Source: an uncultured Pseudomonas sp.
Lineage (GTDB): Bacteria > Pseudomonadota > Gammaproteobacteria > Pseudomonadales > Pseudomonadaceae
Direction of reading: 5' to 3'
Assembly: GCA_966186235.1 (NCBI GenBank)
Contig: CBIFVM010000020.1
Coordinates: 14,503-78,502 of the forward strand
Length of the DNA: 64,000 nucleotides
Part shown: positions 16,131 through 25,545 of the stretch, in pieces
Layout of the letters: the number at the start of each line of letters is the position of its first letter
Position numbering within the stretch: position 1 is the stretch's first letter
Made by a program: the position numbers and the translations under genes
Notes under the pieces: generated by a model
Seen by the model: the letters and a program-made list of their open reading frames with translations, nothing else
The model's database searches: none
Told to the model about the DNA's origin: nothing

Positions 16131-17957
16131 ATGCCGCTCATCAAGCGCCTTTTTACGCCTGTTTCTCTAATTAAATCCCATCGATCAAAGTGCGTTGTCA
16201 TACCACTGGTTTTGCTGGCCAGCGGTGCCGCCCTGGCGCTGGAGGCGCCGCCGAACATCCAGGTGCCGACCCTGGCCTATGACGACCGCCAGATCATTCT
16301 GGTCTGGGAGAAACCGCAAGATGCCGCTGGCATCGTCGACTATCACGTGTACATGGATGGTAAAAAGCTGGGCAGCGCCAACGCCAACAACGACCAGCAT
16401 TCACCGGCCAAGCCGTATATCGACCAGTTCTACGAGGCTGACGAGGCAAATTTCCATCACCGCATCGCCATCCACAATTTCACCGTCGATGGCCTCAAAC
16501 CGGAGACGGAATACCGCTTCACCGTGCGCTCGGTGGATGCCGAGGGGCGCGAGTCGGCCGACAGCCCGGTGCTGGTGCAGCGCACCACGGCGGTCCCCGA
16601 GGTATTCAACGTCGAGGCCCGGGGCGCCAAGGGCGACGGCAAGACGCTCAATACCGCGGCCATCCAGAAGACCATCGATGCCTGCTCGCTGAACTGCAAG
16701 GTGCTGATTCCGGCCGGGGTGTTCAAGACCGGTGCGCTGTACCTGAAAAGCAACATGACCCTGGAGATCGCCGAGGGCGCCACGTTGCTGGGCTCTGAGC
16801 GCAGCGAGGATTACCCGCTGCAGGGCTACATCCAGTACCCGTATTCGACCATGGTGCGTCCGGCCTCGCTGATCAACGCGCTGCCGCGCGATCCGCGCCA
16901 GCACCAGTCGTTCGAGAACATCCGCATCGTCGGCAAGGGCACCATCGACGGCAACGGCTGGAAGCGCAACGACGACAGCCAGGACGAGCTCGGCAAGCCG
17001 CTGCCGTTCTACCGGGCCAGTGACAATACCCGCTACAGGGAGGACGGCATCCTGTCCAGGGATCAGGTCGAGAAGGCCGTGGCGCGTGGCATCATCGTCA
17101 AGGACGCCTACGGCCAGATGCGCTCTTCACTGATGACCCTGCGCAACGTCAGGAACGTGTTCTACGGCGGCTTCACCGTGCTCAACCCGGCCTACCACGG
17201 GATCATGAACCTGGAAACCGAGAACGTGGTGATGGCGGGTACCGTGCACAAGACCTACGACGCCAACAACGGCGACGGCATCGAGTTCGCCAACAGCAAG
17301 GGCGCGATGGTCTTCAACAACTTTTTCGACACGGGCGACGATTGCGTCAACTTCGCGTCTGGCACCGGCGCTGGCGCCGCGAAACAGCCGCCCCAGGAGG
17401 ATGCCTGGATCTTCAACAACTTCTTCCGCCGCGGCCACGGCATGGTGGTCGCCGGCAGCCATACCGGTGGCTGGATCCAGAACATCCTCGCCGAAGACAA
17501 CGTGTCCGACGGCACCGACACCGGCCTGCGCATGAAGAGCACCAATTTCATGGGCGGCGGCGCGCGCAACGTCACCTTCCGCGACTCGGCGATCCGCAAC
17601 CCGGTCAAGCAGGGGGTGATCATGACCCTGGATTACCACGACCCCAACGCCATTCTCGACTACGAGCGCTCGACCGTGCCGGGGCAGTTCCGCGATATCC
17701 GCGTGAGCAACGTGACGGTGGAGGGTGCCGCCGGCGCGGCGATCCAGGTCAAGGGCGACAGCGCCCACGAGGCCTTCCACGAGAACGTCGCCTTCGAGCA
17801 GGTGCGCTTCAAGGGCGGGGCGGGTGCGCAGATCGACGGCCTGCGCGACTCGAGTTTCACCGACGTCAGCTTCGTCGACACCCAGGGCGAAGCCTGGAAC
17901 ATCAAGGGCAGCGAGGGCTTGCGCTTCGACCGGGTCGAGCCGCAACCCAAGCAATAA
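16131..17957 (+). CDS. pehX: GH28 exo-poly-alpha-galacturonosidase with N-terminal fibronectin-III domain (PehX-like)
   Basis: Signal peptide ending ALA, FN3 segment (WEKP...YHVY...GLKPETEYRFTVRSV), GH28 motifs NGDG, GDD, GHG, RMK; 608 aa. Confidence 0.85.
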   Translation: MPLIKRLFTPVSLIKSHRSKCVVIPLVLLASGAALALEAPPNIQVPTLAYDDRQIILVWEKPQDAAGIVDYHVYMDGKKLGSANANNDQHSPAKPYIDQFYEADEANFHHRIAIHNFTVDGLKPETEYRFTVRSVDAEGRESADSPVLVQRTTAVPEVFNVEARGAKGDGKTLNTAAIQKTIDACSLNCKVLIPAGVFKTGALYLKSNMTLEIAEGATLLGSERSEDYPLQGYIQYPYSTMVRPASLINALPRDPRQHQSFENIRIVGKGTIDGNGWKRNDDSQDELGKPLPFYRASDNTRYREDGILSRDQVEKAVARGIIVKDAYGQMRSSLMTLRNVRNVFYGGFTVLNPAYHGIMNLETENVVMAGTVHKTYDANNGDGIEFANSKGAMVFNNFFDTGDDCVNFASGTGAGAAKQPPQEDAWIFNNFFRRGHGMVVAGSHTGGWIQNILAEDNVSDGTDTGLRMKSTNFMGGGARNVTFRDSAIRNPVKQGVIMTLDYHDPNAILDYERSTVPGQFRDIRVSNVTVEGAAGAAIQVKGDSAHEAFHENVAFEQVRFKGGAGAQIDGLRDSSFTDVSFVDTQGEAWNIKGSEGLRFDRVEPQPKQ

Positions 17958-17977
17958 AACGCAAGGCGCGGGGCGCT

Positions 17978-18316
17978 TCAGTCGTCCCGCGTCAGCACTT
18001 CCAGCAGCTCGATTTCGAAACTCAGGTTGGAATTCGGCGTGATCGCGCCCATCGAGCGTTCGCCATAGGCCAGGTGCGCTGGCACGAGCAGCCGACGCTT
18101 GCCGCCGACCTGCATGCCCATCAGGCCCTGGTCCCAACCCTTGATGACTCGCCCGGTGCCGATCACGCACTGGAACGGCTTGCCGCGCGAATAGGACGAG
18201 TCGAACTCGGTACCGTCTTCCAGCCAGCCGCGGTACTGGGTGGTGATCAGCGCGCCTTTGACCACCGCCTTGCCATCGCCCGGGTGGATATCTTCGATAC
18301 GTAGTTCGTCGCTCAT
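17978..18316 (-). CDS. FKBP-type peptidyl-prolyl isomerase
   Basis: YRGWLEDGTEFDSS, VIKGWDQGL, HLAYGER, IPNSNL-type FEIELL. Confidence 0.92.
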   Translation of the reverse strand: MSDELRIEDIHPGDGKAVVKGALITTQYRGWLEDGTEFDSSYSRGKPFQCVIGTGRVIKGWDQGLMGMQVGGKRRLLVPAHLAYGERSMGAITPNSNLSFEIELLEVLTRDD

Positions 18317-18449
18317 TGCTGGGGTTCCGAGAGTGCAGAAGGCCGCGTTTTTCGCAGGAAATGAGCGGCTTTGCAAGATCCGGCTACGAGCTCGGTGGAC
18401 GCGGGCGCCCCGTCTGTTCCCACCGTTAGTGCATCACTGTCCGACCGCT

Positions 18450-21400
18450 CTACTGCAACGGCAAATGCCGGCTGATCAACGCCCGCAGCGCCGCTGGCTT
18501 CACCGGCTTGGGCAGAAAATCCAGGCCGGCGGCGTGCACCTGGGCGATCAGTTCGGGGCGGCCGTCGGCGCTGATCACCACGCCGGGCACCGGTTCGCCC
18601 AGGCGGGTGCGCAGCCAGGCCATCAGCTCGGTGCCGGTGTCGCCTTCGTCCAGGTGATAGTCGACCAGGGCCAAGTGCGGGCGTACGTCCTCGTCGAGCA
18701 GCTGCTCGCATTCGGCGCGGGTGCGCGCCGACCAGACCTGGCAGCCCCAGCGCGAGAGCAGGCTGTGCATGCCGGTAAGAATGCTTTCCTCGTTGTCGAT
18801 GCACAGTACCTGGGTGCCGGTGAGCAGTTGGCCGCTGCTTTCCGGTCGCGCCCGCTGGGCCGCTGGCGCCTGGTGGCGAGCGACCGGCACGGTGACGCTG
18901 AACACGCTGCCCTTGCCGGGCCAGGAACGCACTTCCAGGCTGTGGCCGAGCACGCGGCACAGCCCGTCGGCGATCGCCAGGCCCAGGCCCAGGCCTTTTT
19001 CGGCGCGGGTCTGGTGGCTGTCCAGGCGTTTGAATTCTTCGAAGATGGTCTGTCGTTTGTCTTCGGGAATGCCCGGGCCGCGATCCCAGACCTCCAGGCG
19101 CAGATTCGCGCCCTGGCGGCGCACGCCGAGCAGCACACGGCCCTTGGCGTAGCGGAAGGCGTTGGTGAGGAAGTTCTGCAGCACGCGGCGCAGCAGCTTG
19201 CTGTCGCTGTCCACCCGCAGTTTGCTGCCCTGCATGTGGAAATCCACGCCATGCTCGGCGGCCAGCACGCGGAATTCGGCGCCCAGGGTGTCGAACAGGC
19301 TGTTGAGGGCGAAGGCATTGCGGTCCGGGGTGATGCGGCCGTTCTCCAGGCGCGAGATGTCCAGCAGGTCGCTGATCAGGTCCTCGGCCGAGCGCAGCGA
19401 GCTGTCCAGGTGGCGCACCAGCTCCTGGGCCTCGTGGGGCAGCGCTTCTTCCTGGTGGGAGAGGGCGGCGGAGAACAGCCGGGCGGCGTTCAGCGGTTGC
19501 ATCAGGTCATGGCTGACCGCGGCGAGAAAGCGGGTCTTCGAGGCGTTGGCCGCTTCGGCCACGCCGGTGGCGGCGGTCAGCGCCTTGTTCAGTTGCGACA
19601 GTTCATGGGTGCGCTCGGCGACGCGCTGTTCGAGGCCTTCGTTGGCGGCCTTGAGGGCGCGCTCGGCTTCGCGGAATTCGGTGATGTCGGTGAAGCTCAT
19701 GACGAAACCGCCGCCGGGCATGGGGTTGCCGATCAGCTCGATGACGCGCCCATTGGGAAACACCCGCTCGTAGCTGTGGGCGGTGCCCTGGCGCATCCAG
19801 TACAGGCGCTTGGCGACGCTCTCCTCGACGTCGGCGCTGCCGAGCATGCCGCGCTCGGCGTTGAAACGGATGATCTCGGCGATCGGCCGGCCGACGCAGA
19901 TCAGCCCGTCCGGGTACTCGAAGATTTCCAGGTAGCGCTGGTTCCAGGCCACCAGACGCAGGGACTGGTCGACCACGCTGATGCCCTGGCTGATGTTCTC
20001 GATGGCGCCCTGCAGCAGGGCGCGGTTGAACTGCAGCACCTCGCTGGCTTCGTCGACGATGCGCACCACGTCCTCGACCTGCATGTCGCGGCCTTCGATG
20101 GCCGCCTTGACCACCGCGCGGGTCGAGGAGGCGCCGAGCACGCCGGCGAGCAGGCGCTCGGTGTGGGCGATCCATTCGCTGTTGGCCGGCTGCGCCGAGT
20201 TGAAGGCCTTGCCCTGGCGACGGGCGAAGTGGCTGAAGCTTTCCTGCGCGCGTTCTTCGCCGACGAAACGGCCGGCGAGCAGCAGCAGGTCGTTGACCTG
20301 CACCGCCAGGGCGCCGCGGCCGCCCTGTTTGTTGCCGAAGTCGTGGTTGACGAAGCGCCCGGCCTGCCAGTGCTCGGACACACGGGTGCGCGAGAAGAAC
20401 GATACCCAGGCGAACAGCGTCAGGTTGCCGGCCAGCGACAGCACCACGCCACGGGTCAGGGCGTCGACCTCGAAACCGATCGGCGCGTAGAGCAGGGTGC
20501 GCAGGCCGGGGAAGATGTCCAGCGGCCAACCCAGGCCGCGGGCCAGCACCGGCAGCACCAGGGTGTAGATCCACAGCGCCGCGCCGGTGATCAACCCGGC
20601 GAACACGCCGCGGCGGTTGGCCTGCTTCCACACCAGGGCGCCGAACATCGCCGGCGCCAGTTGGCCGATGGCTGCGAAGGAGATCTGCCCGATGGTCGCC
20701 AGGCTGGCGTTGGTGCCGAGCAGGCGATAGCACACGTAGGCCAGCAGCAGGATCAGCACGATGCTGACCCTTCGTGCCGTGAGCATCCAGTGGCGGAAGG
20801 CCTCGAACGGCCGCTCGGTGCTTTTGCGGTGCAGCAGCCAGGGCAGCAGCATGTCGTTGGAGATCATCGTCGACAGCGCCACCGACGCGACGATCACCAT
20901 GCCGGTGGCCGCCGACGCGCCACCGATGAAGGCCAGCAGGGCCAGCGCCGGGTGGGCTTCGGCGAGCGGCAGGCTGATCACGAAAGAGTCCGGGCTCACT
21001 CCGCCGGGCAGCAGCATCTGCCCGGCCAGGGCGATGGGAATCACGAACAGCGCGGCCAGCAGCAGGTACAGCGGGAACACCCAGCGCGCCAGGCGCAGGT
21101 CACGCGGGTCGGTGTTTTCCACCACGGTGACGTGGAACTGCCGCGGCAGGCAGACGATGGCGATCATCGCCATGCCGGTCTGCACCAGCATCGCCGGCCA
21201 GTTCACCGCCTCGGCCCAGTACGCCTCCAGCTCGCGGCTGCGCTGCGCCTGGCTGAACAGGTCGGCGAAACCATTGAACAGCCCGTAGGTGACGAAGGCG
21301 CCGACGGCGATGAAGGCCAACAGTTTGACCAGCGACTCGAAGGCGATGGCCAGTACCATGCCGCGGTGGTGCTCGGTGACGTCCAGGTTGCGAGTGCCGA

Positions 21401-21926
21401 ACAGGATGGTGAACAGCGCCAGGATCACCGAGACGATCAGCGCGGTGTCCTGGGCGCGGGTGCCGTCGGTGTCGGTTTCCGAGCCGATCAGCAGGTTCAC
21501 GCCGAGCACGATGCCCTTGAGCTGCAGGGCGATGTAGGGCAGCACGCCGACCAGGCAGATCAGCGCGACGACGATGGCCAGGGACTGCGACTTGCCGTAG
21601 CGCGCGGCGATGAAGTCGGCGATCGAGGTGATGTTCTCCTGCTTGCTGATCAGCACCATCTTCTCGATCACCCAGGGGGCGAACAGCAGAAGCAGCATCG
21701 GCCCCAGGTAGATGGGCAGAAACGACCACAGTTGCTCGGCCGCCTGGCCGACGGCGCCGAAGAACGTCCAACTGGTGCAGTACACCGCCAGCGACAGCGA
21801 GTAGACCCAGGCACGGACTTTCGGCGGCAGTGGCTTGCGGCGGCGGTCACCGTAGAAGGCGATGGCGAACAGCACGGCCATGTAGAGCAGGGCGACTGCA
21901 GCGATAAGCCAACTGGACAGCGACAT
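18450..21926 (-). CDS. crbS: SLC5(SSS)-PAS-histidine kinase-receiver hybrid sensor, CrbS/MxtR type
   Basis: Multi-TM solute-symporter-like N-terminus (SLAVYCTSWTFFG), PAS, H-box SHDLMQPL, HATPase, REC (DYHLD); 1158 aa. Confidence 0.88.
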   Translation of the reverse strand: MSLSSWLIAAVALLYMAVLFAIAFYGDRRRKPLPPKVRAWVYSLSLAVYCTSWTFFGAVGQAAEQLWSFLPIYLGPMLLLLFAPWVIEKMVLISKQENITSIADFIAARYGKSQSLAIVVALICLVGVLPYIALQLKGIVLGVNLLIGSETDTDGTRAQDTALIVSVILALFTILFGTRNLDVTEHHRGMVLAIAFESLVKLLAFIAVGAFVTYGLFNGFADLFSQAQRSRELEAYWAEAVNWPAMLVQTGMAMIAIVCLPRQFHVTVVENTDPRDLRLARWVFPLYLLLAALFVIPIALAGQMLLPGGVSPDSFVISLPLAEAHPALALLAFIGGASAATGMVIVASVALSTMISNDMLLPWLLHRKSTERPFEAFRHWMLTARRVSIVLILLLAYVCYRLLGTNASLATIGQISFAAIGQLAPAMFGALVWKQANRRGVFAGLITGAALWIYTLVLPVLARGLGWPLDIFPGLRTLLYAPIGFEVDALTRGVVLSLAGNLTLFAWVSFFSRTRVSEHWQAGRFVNHDFGNKQGGRGALAVQVNDLLLLAGRFVGEERAQESFSHFARRQGKAFNSAQPANSEWIAHTERLLAGVLGASSTRAVVKAAIEGRDMQVEDVVRIVDEASEVLQFNRALLQGAIENISQGISVVDQSLRLVAWNQRYLEIFEYPDGLICVGRPIAEIIRFNAERGMLGSADVEESVAKRLYWMRQGTAHSYERVFPNGRVIELIGNPMPGGGFVMSFTDITEFREAERALKAANEGLEQRVAERTHELSQLNKALTAATGVAEAANASKTRFLAAVSHDLMQPLNAARLFSAALSHQEEALPHEAQELVRHLDSSLRSAEDLISDLLDISRLENGRITPDRNAFALNSLFDTLGAEFRVLAAEHGVDFHMQGSKLRVDSDSKLLRRVLQNFLTNAFRYAKGRVLLGVRRQGANLRLEVWDRGPGIPEDKRQTIFEEFKRLDSHQTRAEKGLGLGLAIADGLCRVLGHSLEVRSWPGKGSVFSVTVPVARHQAPAAQRARPESSGQLLTGTQVLCIDNEESILTGMHSLLSRWGCQVWSARTRAECEQLLDEDVRPHLALVDYHLDEGDTGTELMAWLRTRLGEPVPGVVISADGRPELIAQVHAAGLDFLPKPVKPAALRALISRHLPLQ

Positions 21927-22013
21927 GCAGACTCCACGAAACAGAAGGGCAATGGTGCGAGCGTACCCTGGCACGCCTGCGTAGTGTCGCAGCAAAGGGG
22001 CGCAGCGTCAGGC

Positions 22014-22027
22014 GCGACCAAGGTCGC
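22014..22027. promoter_or_regulatory. Palindrome GCGACCAAGGTCGC, CrbR/ErdR-like GAC-N4-GTC site
   Basis: Inverted repeat GCGACC-AA-GGTCGC (6-bp arms) about 90 bp upstream of crbS. Confidence 0.5.
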
Positions 22028-22141
22028 AGGGGCACCGCCGTGCGCTTGGGGCACTCTGGGCGCTGCCGTTTTTTGGCAGACAGGCCGTTTATTCGGTGAG
22101 AAACTGACACGCCTGGCAAGCGTTGTACCTGGAGAAAACCG

Positions 22142-22711
22142 ATGTTCAAGCCGCAATTGATCACCCTGCAGCGCGGTGCCCTGCGCATCGAACCGTTGCT
22201 CGATGGCGATATTCCGGCGCTGGTCAGCCTGGCCGAAGCCAATCGCGATGAACTGCTCTACATGAGCGGCACCCAGCGCCTGGACTGGTACCGCCAGGCC
22301 CTGCACGATCAGCGCGAGGAGCGCGCCTTGCCCTTCGTGATCCGCCTGGGTGATCAGGTGGTCGGCACCACCCGTTTCGCCGACTTCATGCCGACCCTGC
22401 CAGCCGTGGAAATCGGCTGGACCTGGCTGGACGCCGCCCAGCACGGTACGGGCCTCAACAGCATGATCAAGTACCTGATGTTGCGGCACGCCTTCGAGAG
22501 CTGGCAGATGGTTCGCGTGCAACTGAAAACCGCCGCCAGCAACCAGCGCTCCCAGCGCGCCATCGAAAAGCTCGGCGCGGTTCGCGAGGGCCTGCTGCGC
22601 AATCATCGCCGCCTGGCCGACGGGCGCCTCGACGACACCGTGCTGTACAGCATCACCGACCAGGAATGGCCGGTGGTCAAGGCCGGGCTGGAGGCACGCT
22701 TCGGCGTGTGA
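22142..22711 (+). CDS. GNAT (RimJ/RimL-like) N-acetyltransferase
   Basis: VEIGWTWL, RVQLKTAASNQRSQRAIEKLGAVREGLLR. Confidence 0.9.
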   Translation: MFKPQLITLQRGALRIEPLLDGDIPALVSLAEANRDELLYMSGTQRLDWYRQALHDQREERALPFVIRLGDQVVGTTRFADFMPTLPAVEIGWTWLDAAQHGTGLNSMIKYLMLRHAFESWQMVRVQLKTAASNQRSQRAIEKLGAVREGLLRNHRRLADGRLDDTVLYSITDQEWPVVKAGLEARFGV

Positions 22712-22714
22712 GCC

Positions 22715-23545
22715 ATGCCCACCGGCGAGCGCATCCGCTTCTGGGAAAGCCCCGCGCTGGCCGGCGTGGAGCTGCTGCAGGCGCGCTACATCAAGCAGCG
22801 CTTCACCCCGCACGTGCATGAAGGTTTCGTATTCACCGTGATCGAGCACGGCGCCCAGCGCTTTCGCCACCGCGGTGCCGATCACCTGGCGCCGGTCGGC
22901 AGCATGGTGCTGATCAACCCGGATGAAGTGCACACCGGCTCGTCGGCCCATGAGCAGGGTTGGTTGTACCGCGCCTTCTACCCGGCGCCGGCCCAGGTCA
23001 ATGGCGTGCTCGACGAACTGGACCTGGCGCACCGGGGCCTGCCGTCGTTCGCCGCCAGCGTGCTGCAGGACGTCGAACTGCATCGGGCCTTCGGCCAGTT
23101 GCACCGCCTGCTCGACAGCGACGCCAGCGTGCTGCAGCAGCAGACGGCATGGCGCGAGACGCTGCTGATGCTGTTCCAGCGCCATGCCGGGGTCAGGCAG
23201 GCGGCCGCCGCCGGTCTGGAGCCGCGGGCGGTGAGCTTGGCCAAGGAGCTCCTGGCCGCGCGCCTGGGCGAGCCGCCATCGCTGGAAGAACTGGCCGCCG
23301 CGGTGAACCTCTCGCCGTTTCATTTCGCCCGGGTGTTTCGCCGCGCCACCGGCCTGCCGCCCCATGCCTGGTTGCAGCAGCGCCGGCTGGAGCAGGCGCG
23401 GGCGCTGCTGCGTGACGGCTGTGCGCCACTGAGCGTGGCGCTGCAACTGGGCTTCGCCGACCAAAGCCACCTGACGCGACAGTTCAAGCAGGTGTATGGC
23501 GTGGGGCCGGGCGAGTATCGCAATGCCTGCCATCGCCGCCCGTAG
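22715..23545 (+). CDS. AraC-family transcriptional regulator
   Basis: Cupin PHVHE, HTH SLEELAAAVNLSPFHFARVF, GFADQSHLTRQFK. Confidence 0.93.
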   Translation: MPTGERIRFWESPALAGVELLQARYIKQRFTPHVHEGFVFTVIEHGAQRFRHRGADHLAPVGSMVLINPDEVHTGSSAHEQGWLYRAFYPAPAQVNGVLDELDLAHRGLPSFAASVLQDVELHRAFGQLHRLLDSDASVLQQQTAWRETLLMLFQRHAGVRQAAAAGLEPRAVSLAKELLAARLGEPPSLEELAAAVNLSPFHFARVFRRATGLPPHAWLQQRRLEQARALLRDGCAPLSVALQLGFADQSHLTRQFKQVYGVGPGEYRNACHRRP

Positions 23546-23613
23546 CCTGCGGTTGAGCGCAGCGATACCCAGGTTTGTTTTCTCGGGTATCGCTGCGCTC
23601 AACCGCAGGCTAC
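23542..23613. repeat. GTAG-family REP doublet (perfect 29-bp inverted repeat)
   Basis: GTAGCCTGCGGTTGAGCGCAGCGATACCC at 23542-23570 and its reverse complement at 23585-23613; 14-bp spacer. Confidence 0.85.
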
Positions 23614-23721
23614 CTAATGTGCGAACTGCGCAAGATCGTTCAAGACAGCGCAAACCTGCTGAGCTAGCCTGATCCGCTTCTGGTCGCCCGCAGGCGATCT
23701 TTTCAGCCAAGCGACGAGCCG

Positions 23722-24432
23722 ATGTCCCGATACCAAGAATTCTTCCAGGGCCTGCGCGACATGCTGCCGATGCTGCTCGGCGCCATGCCGTTCGGCATCA
23801 TCTACGGCAGCCTGGCCGGTGCCGCCGGGCTCGATGCCTGGCAGACCATCGGCATGTCGGTGCTGGTGTTCGCCGGCTCAGCGCAGTTCATCGCCGTCAG
23901 CCTGCTCACCGGCGGCGCCACCCTGGCGGTACTGTGGCTGACCACCCTGGTGGTCAACCTGCGCCATGCGCTGTACAGCGCCACCCTGCAGCCCTTCGTG
24001 CGCTACCTGCCCAAGCGCTGGCGCATGCCGCTGGCGTTCTGGCTGACCGACGAGGCCTTTGCCGTGGTTCAGCAGCGCTACGCCCAGCGCGACGATTCGC
24101 CAAACAAGCATTGGTACTTTCTTGGTGCGGGCCTGGCCATGTACGGCAACTGGATCGGCTGCACGCTGATTGGCCTGCTGTTCGGCCAGGCGGTGCCGAA
24201 CCTCGCTGCCTGGGGGCTGGATTTCGCGATGATCGCCACTTTCGTCGGCATCGTCGTACCGATGCTGCGCAATCGCCCGCAGTTGGCTGCCGCTCTGGTG
24301 GCGGCGGTGGTCGCGCTGATCTTTCACGACCTGCCCTACAAACTCTGGCTGATGGCCGCCGCCTTCGCCGGCATCGTGATCGGCGTGTTGCTCGAACGCG
24401 TCCAGGCGCCCCTGCAGGAGGAGCTTTGCTGA
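23722..24432 (+). CDS. azlC: AzlC-family branched-chain amino-acid exporter, large subunit
   Basis: VFAGSAQF, VNLRHALYS, LTDEAFAV. Confidence 0.9.
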   Translation: MSRYQEFFQGLRDMLPMLLGAMPFGIIYGSLAGAAGLDAWQTIGMSVLVFAGSAQFIAVSLLTGGATLAVLWLTTLVVNLRHALYSATLQPFVRYLPKRWRMPLAFWLTDEAFAVVQQRYAQRDDSPNKHWYFLGAGLAMYGNWIGCTLIGLLFGQAVPNLAAWGLDFAMIATFVGIVVPMLRNRPQLAAALVAAVVALIFHDLPYKLWLMAAAFAGIVIGVLLERVQAPLQEELC

Positions 24433-24761
24433 TGGAAAACTGGATTCTGATCCTCGGCATGCTGGCGATCACCTTCGCCACGCGTTACAGCCTGTTCGCC
24501 TTTCCCGATCTGCGCTTTCCCCAGGCGGTGCGCCAAGCCCTGCATTACGTGCCGACCGCGGTGCTCACTGCCATCGTGGTGCCGGCCATGCTCCTGCCGG
24601 ACGGGCGCAACTGGGCGCTGAGCTGGGACAACGCCTATCTGCTGGCGGGCCTGGCGACCATCGTCATCGCCGTGGTGACGCGCCATCTGCTGGCGACCAT
24701 CGGCGGCGGATTGCTGATCTTCTTCGGGTTGCGCTGGGCGCTGGGGCAATTGCCGATCTGA
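24432..24761 (+). CDS. azlD: AzlD-family exporter, small subunit
   Basis: Overlaps the azlC stop; ITFATRY, ALHYVPTAVLTAIVVP. Confidence 0.88.
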   Translation: MENWILILGMLAITFATRYSLFAFPDLRFPQAVRQALHYVPTAVLTAIVVPAMLLPDGRNWALSWDNAYLLAGLATIVIAVVTRHLLATIGGGLLIFFGLRWALGQLPI

Positions 24762-24776
24762 CGCGGAATCGGATTG

Positions 24777-24791
24777 TTCCACTTATCGCAA
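24777..24791. promoter_or_regulatory. LysR-type T-N11-A box upstream of gst
   Basis: TTCCACTTATCGCAA in an AT-rich patch about 105 bp before the GST start. Confidence 0.4.
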
Positions 24792-24895
24792 TAAAGTAAT
24801 GCCGACAACGCGTATTCCTCAAAACGCGCTGCGGTCGCAAGCTGGTTGCACGGCTCGGGACTTCTCCCGGCCCACCGTCAACCAGGAGCCGACCC

Positions 24896-25513
24896 ATGAA
24901 AATCCATCACGTCCCCCTGTCCGGCCATGCCCACCGCGCCGTTTTGTTCGCCTCGCTGCTTGGTCTGAAACCCGAGCTGGTCGAGGTCGACCTGGCCGGC
25001 GGTGCCAACAAGCAGCCTGAATTTCTCGCGCTCAACCCCTTCGGCCAGGTGCCGGTGCTGGAAGACGACGGCGTGGTGGTCGCCGACTCCAACGCCATTC
25101 TCGTTTACTTGGCCAAGAAGACCGGGCGCACCGACTGGTTGCCGGAAGACCCCGCCGGTGCGGCGGCGGTGCAGCGTTGGCTGTCCGTGGCCGCCGGCGA
25201 ACTGGCTTACGGCCCGTGCGCGGCGCGCCTGATCACGGTATTCGGTGCCGACTTCAATGCCGAGGAAGTGATCGCCCGTGCCCACGTGCTGCTCGCCCGC
25301 CTGGAGCGCCACCTGAGCGGTCGCCAGTGGCTGGCCGCCGACCACCCGACCATCGCCGACGTGGCGCTGTACAGCTACCTGGCGCGGGCGCCGGAGGGCA
25401 ATGTCGACCTGTCGGCCTACGAGCAGGTCCGGGCCTTCCTGGCGCGCATCGAGGCGCTGCCCGGCTTCGTGGCCATTCCCCAGACGCCTGCCGGGCTGAC
25501 CGCCAACGCCTGA
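24896..25513 (+). CDS. Glutathione S-transferase
   Basis: LSGHAHR N-terminus, [28 protein letters not shown]. Confidence 0.92.
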   Translation: MKIHHVPLSGHAHRAVLFASLLGLKPELVEVDLAGGANKQPEFLALNPFGQVPVLEDDGVVVADSNAILVYLAKKTGRTDWLPEDPAGAAAVQRWLSVAAGELAYGPCAARLITVFGADFNAEEVIARAHVLLARLERHLSGRQWLAADHPTIADVALYSYLARAPEGNVDLSAYEQVRAFLARIEALPGFVAIPQTPAGLTANA

Positions 25514-25545
25514 GCCTGTGCGCCACCGCCTCCAGGAGAACCGCC

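Noticed and set aside
18240-22160. 1306-aa plus-strand ORF
   Set aside because: Antisense shadow of crbS, expected in GC-rich coding DNA; no recognisable motifs.
25177-25545. N-terminal extension of the PNPOx fusion
   Set aside because: Overlaps gst; the SD AGGAG supports a start at 25546.
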